DNA of 64,000 bases. It comes from a virus. Lineage: Duplodnaviria; Caudoviricetes. The notes beneath the pieces are model-generated. The model worked only from the letters and a program-made list of their open reading frames with translations. It made no database searches and was not told the DNA's origin. The DNA lies in IMG/VR virus record IMGVR_UViG_2974749469_000001, positions 3,528 through 67,527 of that record; one strand, given 5' to 3'. Positions 55,650-63,319 of this stretch are shown piece after piece. The translations under genes and the position numbers were made by a program. Within the stretch, counting starts at the first letter, position 1. The number at the start of each line of letters is the position of its first letter.

Positions 55650-56675
55650 TCAGCCGATCTTTTTGATGCGAGCGACCGCGACGGAACGGAAGCCGCCGCC
55701 GGTCTGGATGAAGTGGAGGATGCGCAGGTCTTCACCGTTCTCCTCCGGGTCGAAATCCGCGGGAGTGATGTGCGGCGGGTACTTCTCAGCCGCGCCGTCG
55801 ACGATCGCCGAGTCCAGCGCGCCGGACAGCGAGTTGAGCCACGAGATCTCGACCTTGTTGTTGGTCTTCCGGTTCACCCCGAGCTTGGTCAGGATCTCTG
55901 TCGTGCTCAGCGGAGAGGCCACGGCCGACCAGTTCCGGTGCGGGTTCGTGTGCTGTTGACGGACCGCGGCGTAGGTGTCCTGCTGGCTCCACGTCGGGTG
56001 GACGGCGTCCTTCGGCTTCGCCTTCTCCGCGGCGGCCTGATGACCCATGGCGTCTTTCGCCACGGCGCCGGGATCGGCTTCAGGCACGATCCCGAAGTGC
56101 TCGGGGACGGTGCGCTGCTCCAGATGGGCGGCACTCTCGTCCTCCATGGGTGTCAGACCGAAACGGTCGGCCAGGTCGTCGATGTCCTCCTGGCTCATAT
56201 GGGCGGCACTCGCGTCGTCGGTGTCCGTATGGGCGGCATCAGTGGGCGGCACGTCCTGGTGGGCGGCACTATGGGCGGCACTGGTGGGCGGCACTCGCGC
56301 GCTGTCCACCTCTCCCATGTCCTCTTCGGGGGCAACGTCATCGGCATCACCGCTCGTGTCGGCAAGGGCCACCACGCGGAACTCGTTCTCGATCACCTCG
56401 CGCACGTCACCGCTGTCGGGGTCTAGTACGCGCGTCACGCCGTCGTTGCCGGTGTAGCTGACCTGGTCACGATCCTTGTCCGGGTCGATCGCGTAGAAGG
56501 CCTTCAGCTCCTCCTGGTACTCCGCATCCAGCTCGCGGCGCAGGGTCACGAAGCCGAACTTGCGATTGACCTTCGGCGCGACGACAGGCTTCCAGCCGTA
56601 GTTCTTGGCGTGGGCCGTGATCTGCTCAGCGAGATCGAGGGCATCCGCAGCTTCCTGCGACATTTCTTGGGGCAT
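55650..56675 (-). CDS. hypothetical protein with AAH-containing repeats; first gene of the leftward operon
   Basis: AAGGTGG RBS; internal SAAH/DAAH repeats. Confidence 0.75.
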   Translation of the reverse strand: MPQEMSQEAADALDLAEQITAHAKNYGWKPVVAPKVNRKFGFVTLRRELDAEYQEELKAFYAIDPDKDRDQVSYTGNDGVTRVLDPDSGDVREVIENEFRVVALADTSGDADDVAPEEDMGEVDSARVPPTSAAHSAAHQDVPPTDAAHTDTDDASAAHMSQEDIDDLADRFGLTPMEDESAAHLEQRTVPEHFGIVPEADPGAVAKDAMGHQAAAEKAKPKDAVHPTWSQQDTYAAVRQQHTNPHRNWSAVASPLSTTEILTKLGVNRKTNNKVEISWLNSLSGALDSAIVDGAAEKYPPHITPADFDPEENGEDLRILHFIQTGGGFRSVAVARIKKIG

Positions 56676-56811
56676 TTTTCCACCTTGTTATCGGGTAATA
56701 CCTGCATATATAACGGCGAAATCGGGTAATCGGCTGTACCGGGGTACCGGGGGTGGCGCGGCGCGGGGTGCGCGGCGGGGCCTGGCGTGCGGGTCGCGTG
56801 GGTCGCTGCTG

Positions 56812-56880
56812 TCGAATGTGCGTGCGATCGAAAGTCTGTTCGATGTGATCGAAAGCCTGTTCGATCGAACGTGTGTTCGA
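56812..56880. promoter_or_regulatory. array of four LexA (SOS)-box-like sites
   Basis: TCGAAT-GTGC-GTGCGA 56812-27, TCGAAA-GTCT-GTTCGA 56828-43, TCGAAA-GCCT-GTTCGA 56849-64, TCGAAC-GTGT-GTTCGA 56865-80 versus actinobacterial consensus TCGAAC-N4-GTTCGA. Confidence 0.75.
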
Positions 56881-57011
56881 TGCCGGTCACTCTGTCGCCG
56901 TACTCCGTCCCGGTGGACGTTCACCGCTAGGCCGCGGTGGCTTCCTGCTCTGACCGGTGCGCGCTAACCCTGTCGCCCCGCTTCGCCGCTATGTACTTTT
57001 CAACTGCCATC

Positions 57012-57041
57012 AATGTACCGGTTGACGTCAACCGGTGTCAA
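57012..57041 (-). promoter_or_regulatory. leftward promoter TTGACA-18-TACATT containing the 20-bp palindrome ACCGGTTGACGTCAACCGGT (57017-57036)
   Basis: Read directly. Confidence 0.75.
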
Positions 57042-57171
57042 GCCTGGAGATCCGATCTCGTCGGGCCGGGTGTCCGGCCGCCGTGCCTGCTGTGCTCATG
57101 GCCCACACCCTACGGCATGTCAGCGCTGACACGCAACCCCTACATGCTCCAGCCGTGCCCGTAGGCGTGGC

Positions 57172-57201
57172 TTGACGTCAACCCTCACATGTGGTTACTG
57201 T
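57172..57201 (+). promoter_or_regulatory. rightward promoter TTGACG-18-TACTGT; -35 lies within TTGACGTCAA
   Basis: Read directly; upstream of ATG 57250. Confidence 0.7.
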
Positions 57202-57249
57202 GCTCTCACCGGGCCGGAAACGCTGGCCCGCAACACGAAAGGCCACACC

Positions 57250-57651
57250 ATGAGCTACCGGAAGGTGTACGCACCCGACGACGCCGAGATGATGACCGAA
57301 GCGCTGGAGCGCTTGCGGGAAATCCTTCCCCCGGGCAGTACCGTTGTGACGATCGTCAAGCATGTCACGTCGTCGGGTATGGGCCGGACGATTCAGCCGG
57401 TCACGGTGTACAACGGCGTCGTGTTCGATCTGACCGGCTACGTCGCCCGTGTCGTCGGGTGGAAAGTCGACACCGACCGCGGCGGCGTCTATGTCCAGGG
57501 TTGCGGTATGGATATGGGGTTTCACCTCGTCTACAGCGTGGCCCGGACGATTTACGGCCACCTCACACCCGAACAGATCCGCCGCTACAGCATCAATCCC
57601 GCGGCCAACACGACAGACCCCGGCTACCTGCTCACTCATCGGGGGATCTGA
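57250..57651 (+). CDS. conserved phage early protein (GCGMDMGFHLVY motif)
   Basis: CGAAAGG RBS; recognisable motif of unknown function. Confidence 0.8.
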   Translation: MSYRKVYAPDDAEMMTEALERLREILPPGSTVVTIVKHVTSSGMGRTIQPVTVYNGVVFDLTGYVARVVGWKVDTDRGGVYVQGCGMDMGFHLVYSVARTIYGHLTPEQIRRYSINPAANTTDPGYLLTHRGI

Positions 57652-57656
57652 CCGAC

Positions 57657-58055
57657 ATGCTGACGACGCTTCTCACCGAAACCGTGATGACCGGCCCGCT
57701 GGACGTCGCCGCGGAGATCCACGGCGCCACCGCGACGGCCACGGCCGCGGGGTACGCGTGGCAGATCATCGCCGACGACGACGCCGCTGGAGATCCCCGG
57801 GTGCGGGTGATCTGCCACGGTCGCCGGATCTCGGCGGTATTCGATCGCTGGCAGTACCCCCGGGCTGACGTCTACGCCGCCGTTGGCCGCGCCGGTGTGG
57901 CTGCACTTACCGGCGCGCGCACGGTATCGCTGGCCCACGTTCCGGCCGGGCCGGATATGTCGGGGTACGTCGGCCGGGCACCGATCGCCGATAGCGCGCG
58001 GCCGTACGGCGACACACACGCACGGTTCTACGCCGTGACCGATCTCGAAATCTAG
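57657..58055 (+). CDS. hypothetical protein
   Basis: ATG 57657, 5 nt after the previous stop. Confidence 0.65.
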   Translation: MLTTLLTETVMTGPLDVAAEIHGATATATAAGYAWQIIADDDAAGDPRVRVICHGRRISAVFDRWQYPRADVYAAVGRAGVAALTGARTVSLAHVPAGPDMSGYVGRAPIADSARPYGDTHARFYAVTDLEI

Positions 58056-58090
58056 TTCTCTTCAAATCGCTCTCACCCGAAAGGCTCGTC

Positions 58091-58822
58091 ATGCTGCACA
58101 CCCTCACTCACCGGTTCGGATCTCGGACCGCTGGCCACACGGCGCGAACGTGCGTCATCTTCCAACGATCGGGTTTCGGCCACGCCACCCCGAAAGTCGC
58201 CGACGACGCTGGAGGCCGCTTCGGCGGTCAGCCGATACCGTGGTTTCACGTCGCCGGTGATGGCCGCGGACCGAACGTCGACCGCTCCAGGTGGCTCGGC
58301 TTCTACACACCGGCCGGGGCACGGAATCGGCTCCAGGAGTTGCGCAACCGGGCCACGCATTCCCGACGACGGCCGGGCCGGGGTGAGATCATCACCGACC
58401 CGCTGGCCTTGCACGTTCACGATGACGGCGCCACGCGCGTAACCGTCGACTGGAGATCCCGCGACGGTGTCGAGTACTTCGACGATCTCGTGGTGATCGA
58501 TTTCGCGCGGTCCGGTTTCGTCCACGGCAATGGTGTGGTGGAAGTCGGGAATGCGCTGGAGTACCTGAGCAGGATCGACAACACCGCGCGACGTGAACCG
58601 GGGTACCCCGAAATCCGCTGGAGCGCTGGACACGACAACGCCGGATGGATCGACACCGGCGAAGTCCGGTCAGATGGCCGATTGATCTCGTCGGTAGTCC
58701 GGTGCGGGGAATGCGGCCGCTCGTGGGATGACGCCATCGCGACGAGCTGCACACCGACGCCGTCGGGCCGGTGCCCTTTTGAGTACGACCATGGCCGTTC
58801 ACTAGCGGCCCTGTACACCTGA
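58091..58822 (+). CDS. hypothetical protein with C-terminal CGECGRSWDD...RCPFEYDH Zn-finger-like motif
   Basis: CGAAAGG RBS. Confidence 0.7.
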   Translation: MLHTLTHRFGSRTAGHTARTCVIFQRSGFGHATPKVADDAGGRFGGQPIPWFHVAGDGRGPNVDRSRWLGFYTPAGARNRLQELRNRATHSRRRPGRGEIITDPLALHVHDDGATRVTVDWRSRDGVEYFDDLVVIDFARSGFVHGNGVVEVGNALEYLSRIDNTARREPGYPEIRWSAGHDNAGWIDTGEVRSDGRLISSVVRCGECGRSWDDAIATSCTPTPSGRCPFEYDHGRSLAALYT

Positions 58823-58851
58823 GATCGACTGAGACGAAAGGCAATAGAGAC

Positions 58852-59541
58852 ATGCGCATCACTACCCCCGACGGCCGGATCCTCGGCCACGTAACCCTCA
58901 CCGGCGACGACGTCGCCACGCTGGCCGCGGGTGTCGCCGACACCGTCGACGACCGTGCCCGGCGATTGATCGCCGACACCCGGCGCGCGGCCATCGCTTC
59001 GGCGGGTGGCTGGACACCCGGACCGCGTCGACAGACGACGCCGCTGGAGATCCCCGACCGGCCGCGTCGTCGTCGGCCGTGGTGGCTGTACCTCGTCGGC
59101 GCGCTCGTGGCCGTCGGTGTCCTCGTGGCCATCGCCGACGGCGACGACGCCGCTGCACCGATCTCGGCACCGTCGGCGGGGACGACGACGATCGCTCCGC
59201 AACCGATCAATGCCGCGCGCGCTATGCCCGGGCCGGATGGATCGATCGTCATCGGGTCGACAGTTGTCGACAACGTCTATCGGGAAGGCTCACCGTTGCG
59301 AAAGCGTTTCGCCGCTTCGCTCATTGCCGACGGCGTCTCGGGCACCGTCGGAACGGAACTGGACGCCAACGTGCGCGCGGGGATTTCGTTCTGCCACGCG
59401 ATGGCCCGCGGTGAGTTGCACGCTATGCGACAGATGGCCGTTGTGACCGGTACGGCGGCCGGTGCCGAAAGCTACGGCGTCGGCAAACAACAACGCGCGA
59501 TAGTGACTGGAGCGCTGGCCGCATTGTGCCCGGCGTTGTAG
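58852..59541 (+). CDS. membrane protein with DUF732-like C-terminus
   Basis: TM WWLYLVGALVAVGVLVAIA; GISFCH...AIV.GALAALCP. Confidence 0.7.
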   Translation: MRITTPDGRILGHVTLTGDDVATLAAGVADTVDDRARRLIADTRRAAIASAGGWTPGPRRQTTPLEIPDRPRRRRPWWLYLVGALVAVGVLVAIADGDDAAAPISAPSAGTTTIAPQPINAARAMPGPDGSIVIGSTVVDNVYREGSPLRKRFAASLIADGVSGTVGTELDANVRAGISFCHAMARGELHAMRQMAVVTGTAAGAESYGVGKQQRAIVTGALAALCPAL

Positions 59542-59544
59542 CGC

Positions 59545-59573
59545 TTGACGTCAACACTTACATGCCGTAACGT
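59545..59573 (+). promoter_or_regulatory. promoter TTGACG-17-TAACGT in TTGACGTCAA
   Basis: Read directly. Confidence 0.8.
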
Positions 59574-59612
59574 CATCGGTGTCAGCAGGAAACCCCACCG
59601 AAAGGCCACGTC

Positions 59613-59939
59613 ATGTTCGATCGCATTGCCGCCAACCTCGAAACCATCGCCCGCGTCCAGGCTGACGCCGGTCTGACCGCGAAGGAACGCAACGTTGCCG
59701 GTCCGGCCGTGATGGACGCACGCGAAGCATCGCGCAACGGCTGGACGATCACACACCTCAGCCCCTACGCGTTGGCCGTCGTCGACGCCGACGGCGACAC
59801 GCTGACCGCCGAGTACATCCGGGCCACCAACGGCGTACTGACCGCGCACATGACGATCGGTGGCCGTCGGCGTCAGATCGCTCACAAGCGTGACTATTCG
59901 TTGCGTGAGCAGGTCCGTTCGATCATTGCCGCGCGCTAA
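59613..59939 (+). CDS. hypothetical protein
   Basis: CGAAAGG RBS. Confidence 0.75.
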   Translation: MFDRIAANLETIARVQADAGLTAKERNVAGPAVMDAREASRNGWTITHLSPYALAVVDADGDTLTAEYIRATNGVLTAHMTIGGRRRQIAHKRDYSLREQVRSIIAAR

Positions 59940-60010
59940 CCGATCTCGGCACCGGCGTCGACATGGCGCCGGTGCCGCTTCCACCCTCACTACCTCGAAA
60001 GGCTCCAGCC

Positions 60011-60580
60011 ATGAAACTGCACACCGACACGCTGACGATCTCGGATCTGTACGACGCCGTCGACTTCGTGAATGAACACATCACCCGCGACGTGACACAC
60101 CGGCCGATCGTTCCCGTATCGCTGCACCGTGACTCCCAGCACAACAGTCGGTCACGGCGCCGCGCGTTCGATGTGATCCTGACCGGCGACGCCTCCAGCC
60201 GCATCAATACCGGTTGGCGCGGCGGCCCGTCCGATGAGCCACACGCCGCGACGTGGGACCAATGGGGTGCTTTCCTGTCGCGGCTATTCGACGCCGACGA
60301 GCAGATGACCATCCCGGGGATCTACGTCGACGCCGATCACTTCCGTTGGTCCACGTGCGAGCATTACAGCCCGGTGATCGGGCTTGCACCCGGTGCGCAC
60401 TATCACCGGCGCCACGGCTGGACACCGGGAGGTGACTCGGCGGGTGGCAGTTACGGCGTATGGGTCTGTGGCGACGGTGCGAAAGTCGGCCGGGACAGTT
60501 GCGGCGCCGGTATGCGGCGGCTGTACACCCGACGCTCGTGGGCCGATGTCCGCGAGGGATGGAAGGCTCTCAGCTCGTGA
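60011..60580 (+). CDS. hypothetical protein (HSRSRRRAFDV, AATWDQWG.FL..LF motifs)
   Basis: CGAAAGG RBS, ATG 60011. Confidence 0.75.
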   Translation: MKLHTDTLTISDLYDAVDFVNEHITRDVTHRPIVPVSLHRDSQHNSRSRRRAFDVILTGDASSRINTGWRGGPSDEPHAATWDQWGAFLSRLFDADEQMTIPGIYVDADHFRWSTCEHYSPVIGLAPGAHYHRRHGWTPGGDSAGGSYGVWVCGDGAKVGRDSCGAGMRRLYTRRSWADVREGWKALSS

Positions 60581-60744
60581 GGTCGACCGAACGGCGCGCG
60601 CTGGCCCGCATCACCGCCGACGCACTATCCGGCGTCGTGCGCATCCCCAACGGCACACCGGCCTACTTCCAAGCCCTAGCAGAACTGCACACGGCACGCG
60701 CACACCGGCGCGCGCTGACACCGACGAAAGGATCGAAACCATGA
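60577..60744 (+). CDS. small hypothetical protein
   Basis: GTGA overlap. Confidence 0.55.
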   Translation: MRSTERRALARITADALSGVVRIPNGTPAYFQALAELHTARAHRRALTPTKGSKP

Positions 60745-61316
60745 GCAGCACACCGAAGCGCAACGGGCCCGATTGGATCACCCGAGACGCCGATCTCATC
60801 GGGATGGACGTCGACGAATACCGGACCGCCACGGCACTAGAGGCCGCATGTGGACCGGGCCACGCCGTGACCTACATCGATCGCGTCCAGTCGATTGTCC
60901 GCGGGTACATCGACGCACTGTTGTGGACGCAAGCGGACTACTCCAGCACCGACGCCGACGCTTCGGAAGATACGACGCTAATGGACGCCGGTTACACCGC
61001 CGACGACGTCGACGCTGACACGCGCGGCCGGATCACCGCGGAAGTGATGACGATCATCACCGCACACCCGTTGGCCGTGCGCATGTACGCCGCACAACGT
61101 CACTACAACGCCGGGGATGGCAACGTGTGGGAACACTTCGGCCATGATTTCCTGCTCACTCGCGACGGCCACGGCGCCGGTTTCTGGGATCGTGGCCTAG
61201 GGGATCTCGGCGACTACCTGACGACGATCGCGAAAGGCTACGGCGAGCACGCACAGATGTACCCCGACACCGTCGGTGTCAATGGGGAGGAACTACTGAC
61301 CGACGGCGGCGAGTAA
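60741..61316 (+). CDS. conserved phage early protein (GHDFLLTRDGHGAGFWDRG motif)
   Basis: CGAAAGG RBS, ATG 60741. Confidence 0.8.
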   Translation: MSSTPKRNGPDWITRDADLIGMDVDEYRTATALEAACGPGHAVTYIDRVQSIVRGYIDALLWTQADYSSTDADASEDTTLMDAGYTADDVDADTRGRITAEVMTIITAHPLAVRMYAAQRHYNAGDGNVWEHFGHDFLLTRDGHGAGFWDRGLGDLGDYLTTIAKGYGEHAQMYPDTVGVNGEELLTDGGE

Positions 61317-61343
61317 CCAATCTGACAACACGTGTTCTCACAT

Positions 61344-61377
61344 AGTGCCCCGACGCTGGCAACGGCGCCGGGGCACT
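61344..61377 (+). terminator. stem-loop just upstream of promoter 61384
   Basis: AGTGCCCCG...CGGGGCACT. Confidence 0.55.
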
Positions 61378-61383
61378 GGTGTA

Positions 61384-61412
61384 TTGACGTCAATCCTCAC
61401 ATGCCGTAATGT
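61384..61412 (+). promoter_or_regulatory. promoter TTGACG-17-TAATGT in TTGACGTCAA
   Basis: Read directly. Confidence 0.82.
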
Positions 61413-61451
61413 CTCTCGTGTCAGCAGGAAACCACTACGAAAGGCCACGTC

Positions 61452-61967
61452 ATGAGCTTGATCACCACTATCGGACCTGTCGTCCCGACCGTCGTCGATT
61501 CCATCCGCGCCGAGATCGTCGCCGCCGATCGCGCGTACTCGAATAGCCTGGACACCCGCACCCGCTGGAGCGCGCTTGTCGCCGCCTACCGGACGGCCTA
61601 CGCCGCGGCCGTCGACGCCGCTAACTCACTCACACCCGGCGCCGACGATCTCGTCGACGAGCTGGAGCGCTGGAGCGAAGAAATGGACGTCCAGCTAGCG
61701 TGGCCGCTCACCATGGGCATGGTCTACCGGGCCTTGTCTGCCGATGACCGGATCACCGACATGACGCTGCACACGACGATCACCGGCGCGCGATGGATCT
61801 CCGTTGACGCCGATGAGAACGGTGCGTTCGATGGATGGATCGACGCCGCGCCGGTCGACCCCGGTGTCGTCGTCGTGCGCGGTTTCGGTTCGCTCCAGGA
61901 CCGACGGTTCATCGCCGACACGCTGGCCGATCTCGTCGACTATGTCGCGGCCCGGTTGGCCATCTGA
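61452..61967 (+). CDS. hypothetical protein
   Basis: CGAAAGG RBS. Confidence 0.75.
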   Translation: MSLITTIGPVVPTVVDSIRAEIVAADRAYSNSLDTRTRWSALVAAYRTAYAAAVDAANSLTPGADDLVDELERWSEEMDVQLAWPLTMGMVYRALSADDRITDMTLHTTITGARWISVDADENGAFDGWIDAAPVDPGVVVVRGFGSLQDRRFIADTLADLVDYVAARLAI

Positions 61968-62023
61968 CAACGCCGGTAGTCGGTTGCCCCGGTCGGCGGT
62001 CAGCGGGCCGGGGCACGCTCGTG

Positions 62024-62052
62024 TTGACACCAAGTCTTACTTGCCGTAATGT
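62024..62052 (+). promoter_or_regulatory. promoter TTGACA-17-TAATGT in TTGACACCAA
   Basis: Read directly; preceded by stem-loop 61985-62015. Confidence 0.8.
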
Positions 62053-62090
62053 CTCCTTTGTCAGACACCGACACCGACGAAAGGCCAGCC

Positions 62091-62204
62091 ATGTACCTGC
62101 TTCAGACCGCAACCGAAACCGTCGCCTATGCCACCTACGAACTGGCCCGCACCGCACAGCTCGCACACCCGGACCGCGCGGGATCGTCCATCACCCCGGC
62201 CTGA
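62091..62204 (+). CDS. 37-aa peptide (MYLLQTATETVAYATYELARTAQLAHPDRAGSSITPA)
   Basis: First ATG after promoter 62024 with CGAAAGG RBS; not in the ORF track. Confidence 0.65.
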   Translation: MYLLQTATETVAYATYELARTAQLAHPDRAGSSITPA

Positions 62205-62303
62205 CCGGCCGGGCCGGGTGGCCGCTGCACCGGTGGCCACCCGCACCCCTCACATCTGACCACAACCGTAGTCAGATCGGTTACACCCGAAAGGATTTCA
62301 GCC

Positions 62304-62576
62304 ATGGAAGACACCGGCAACGCTCCAGCGGCCACCCGGCAACCGATGGCCCGGCACCGGCGTGCCACACACGCCTACCGGGACACGCTCATCGGGCCGA
62401 ACAAGGTCCCGATCATCCGCGGCTACACCGGCGCGTACGTCTGGAGCGTCCGCACCGACGGCGACGCCGTGCGTGTGTCGGCTCACGTCGCCGGTACCGA
62501 CCGGCGTCTGTCGGTCGCCGATCTGCCCAACTATGTCGCGGCGGCCATCCTGGAGGCCATCGCAACCGACATCTGA
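62304..62576 (+). CDS. hypothetical protein
   Basis: CGAAAGG RBS. Confidence 0.7.
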   Translation: MEDTGNAPAATRQPMARHRRATHAYRDTLIGPNKVPIIRGYTGAYVWSVRTDGDAVRVSAHVAGTDRRLSVADLPNYVAAAILEAIATDI

Positions 62577-62621
62577 CGACACCCGTTGTCAGATCGACAC
62601 TCCCCGAAAGGATTTCGCACC

Positions 62622-62882
62622 ATGAACACGAAAGTAACCGGGCTGACGCTGGCCAACACTCGCGCGCTGGACGACGCCGTACACTACGGCCACCTATCCG
62701 GCGTCCAGATCACTCGCACAACGGCGACGTTCACCGGCACACCGGCCGAAGCGCTGAAACGGCTGGACGCCGCGCGCAACGCACTAGCGGCCACGTTCGG
62801 CACGCGCGGCCACCCGGTAGCGTCTCTACCGGCCGTCCGGCGAAAGCTCGTCGCGGCACGGGACCTGGAGGGCCAGCGATGA
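62622..62882 (+). CDS. hypothetical protein
   Basis: CGAAAGG RBS, ATG 62622. Confidence 0.7.
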   Translation: MNTKVTGLTLANTRALDDAVHYGHLSGVQITRTTATFTGTPAEALKRLDAARNALAATFGTRGHPVASLPAVRRKLVAARDLEGQR

Positions 62883-63151
62883 GCCACACCGACGACGCCG
62901 GGACGTTCCGGTTTCGGTGCCAGTCATGCGGTGATCGCACCGTGACCGATGCGCTGGCCCCCCGGTGTGACCGGTGCGTGTCGGCGGGTGCAGCGCTGAC
63001 CAAACCTCTGCCGGACACCGGGCTGTACCGGGCCATGGACAGCGGCCATCGCAACCGGCACGGCCACGGCCTACTCGCACACCTGGAGTCCACCGACGGC
63101 GGCGCCTTGTGGTCTGTCGTGACCGACTGTTGTCGTCGGGCCGCTGACTGA
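62879..63151 (+). CDS. Zn-ribbon protein (CQSC...CDRC)
   Basis: ATGA overlap. Confidence 0.65.
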   Translation: MSHTDDAGTFRFRCQSCGDRTVTDALAPRCDRCVSAGAALTKPLPDTGLYRAMDSGHRNRHGHGLLAHLESTDGGALWSVVTDCCRRAAD

Positions 63152-63162
63152 CGTTCTGCCAC

Positions 63163-63202
63163 GAGATCCCCGGGACACCCTCACACGGTGCCCGGGGATC
63201 TC
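63163..63202 (+). terminator. 16-bp stem-loop ending the right-end operon
   Basis: GAGATCCCCGGG(A)CACC / GGTGCCCGGGGATCTC then TGTTGT. Confidence 0.75.
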
Positions 63203-63319
63203 TGTTGTGTGCGTGGCGGCCATCTGACGGCCGGTGTCATGTGCTCTCGTCGTCGCGGCGGCGTCTCGGCGGGTGTGAGGGTAGGGGTGTCCAGGGATAG
63301 GGGTCTCTCAGGGCACTCG

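Noticed and set aside
56688-56924. 78-aa minus-strand ORF across the SOS-box array
   Set aside because: No RBS and low-complexity translation; the repeats are better explained at DNA level
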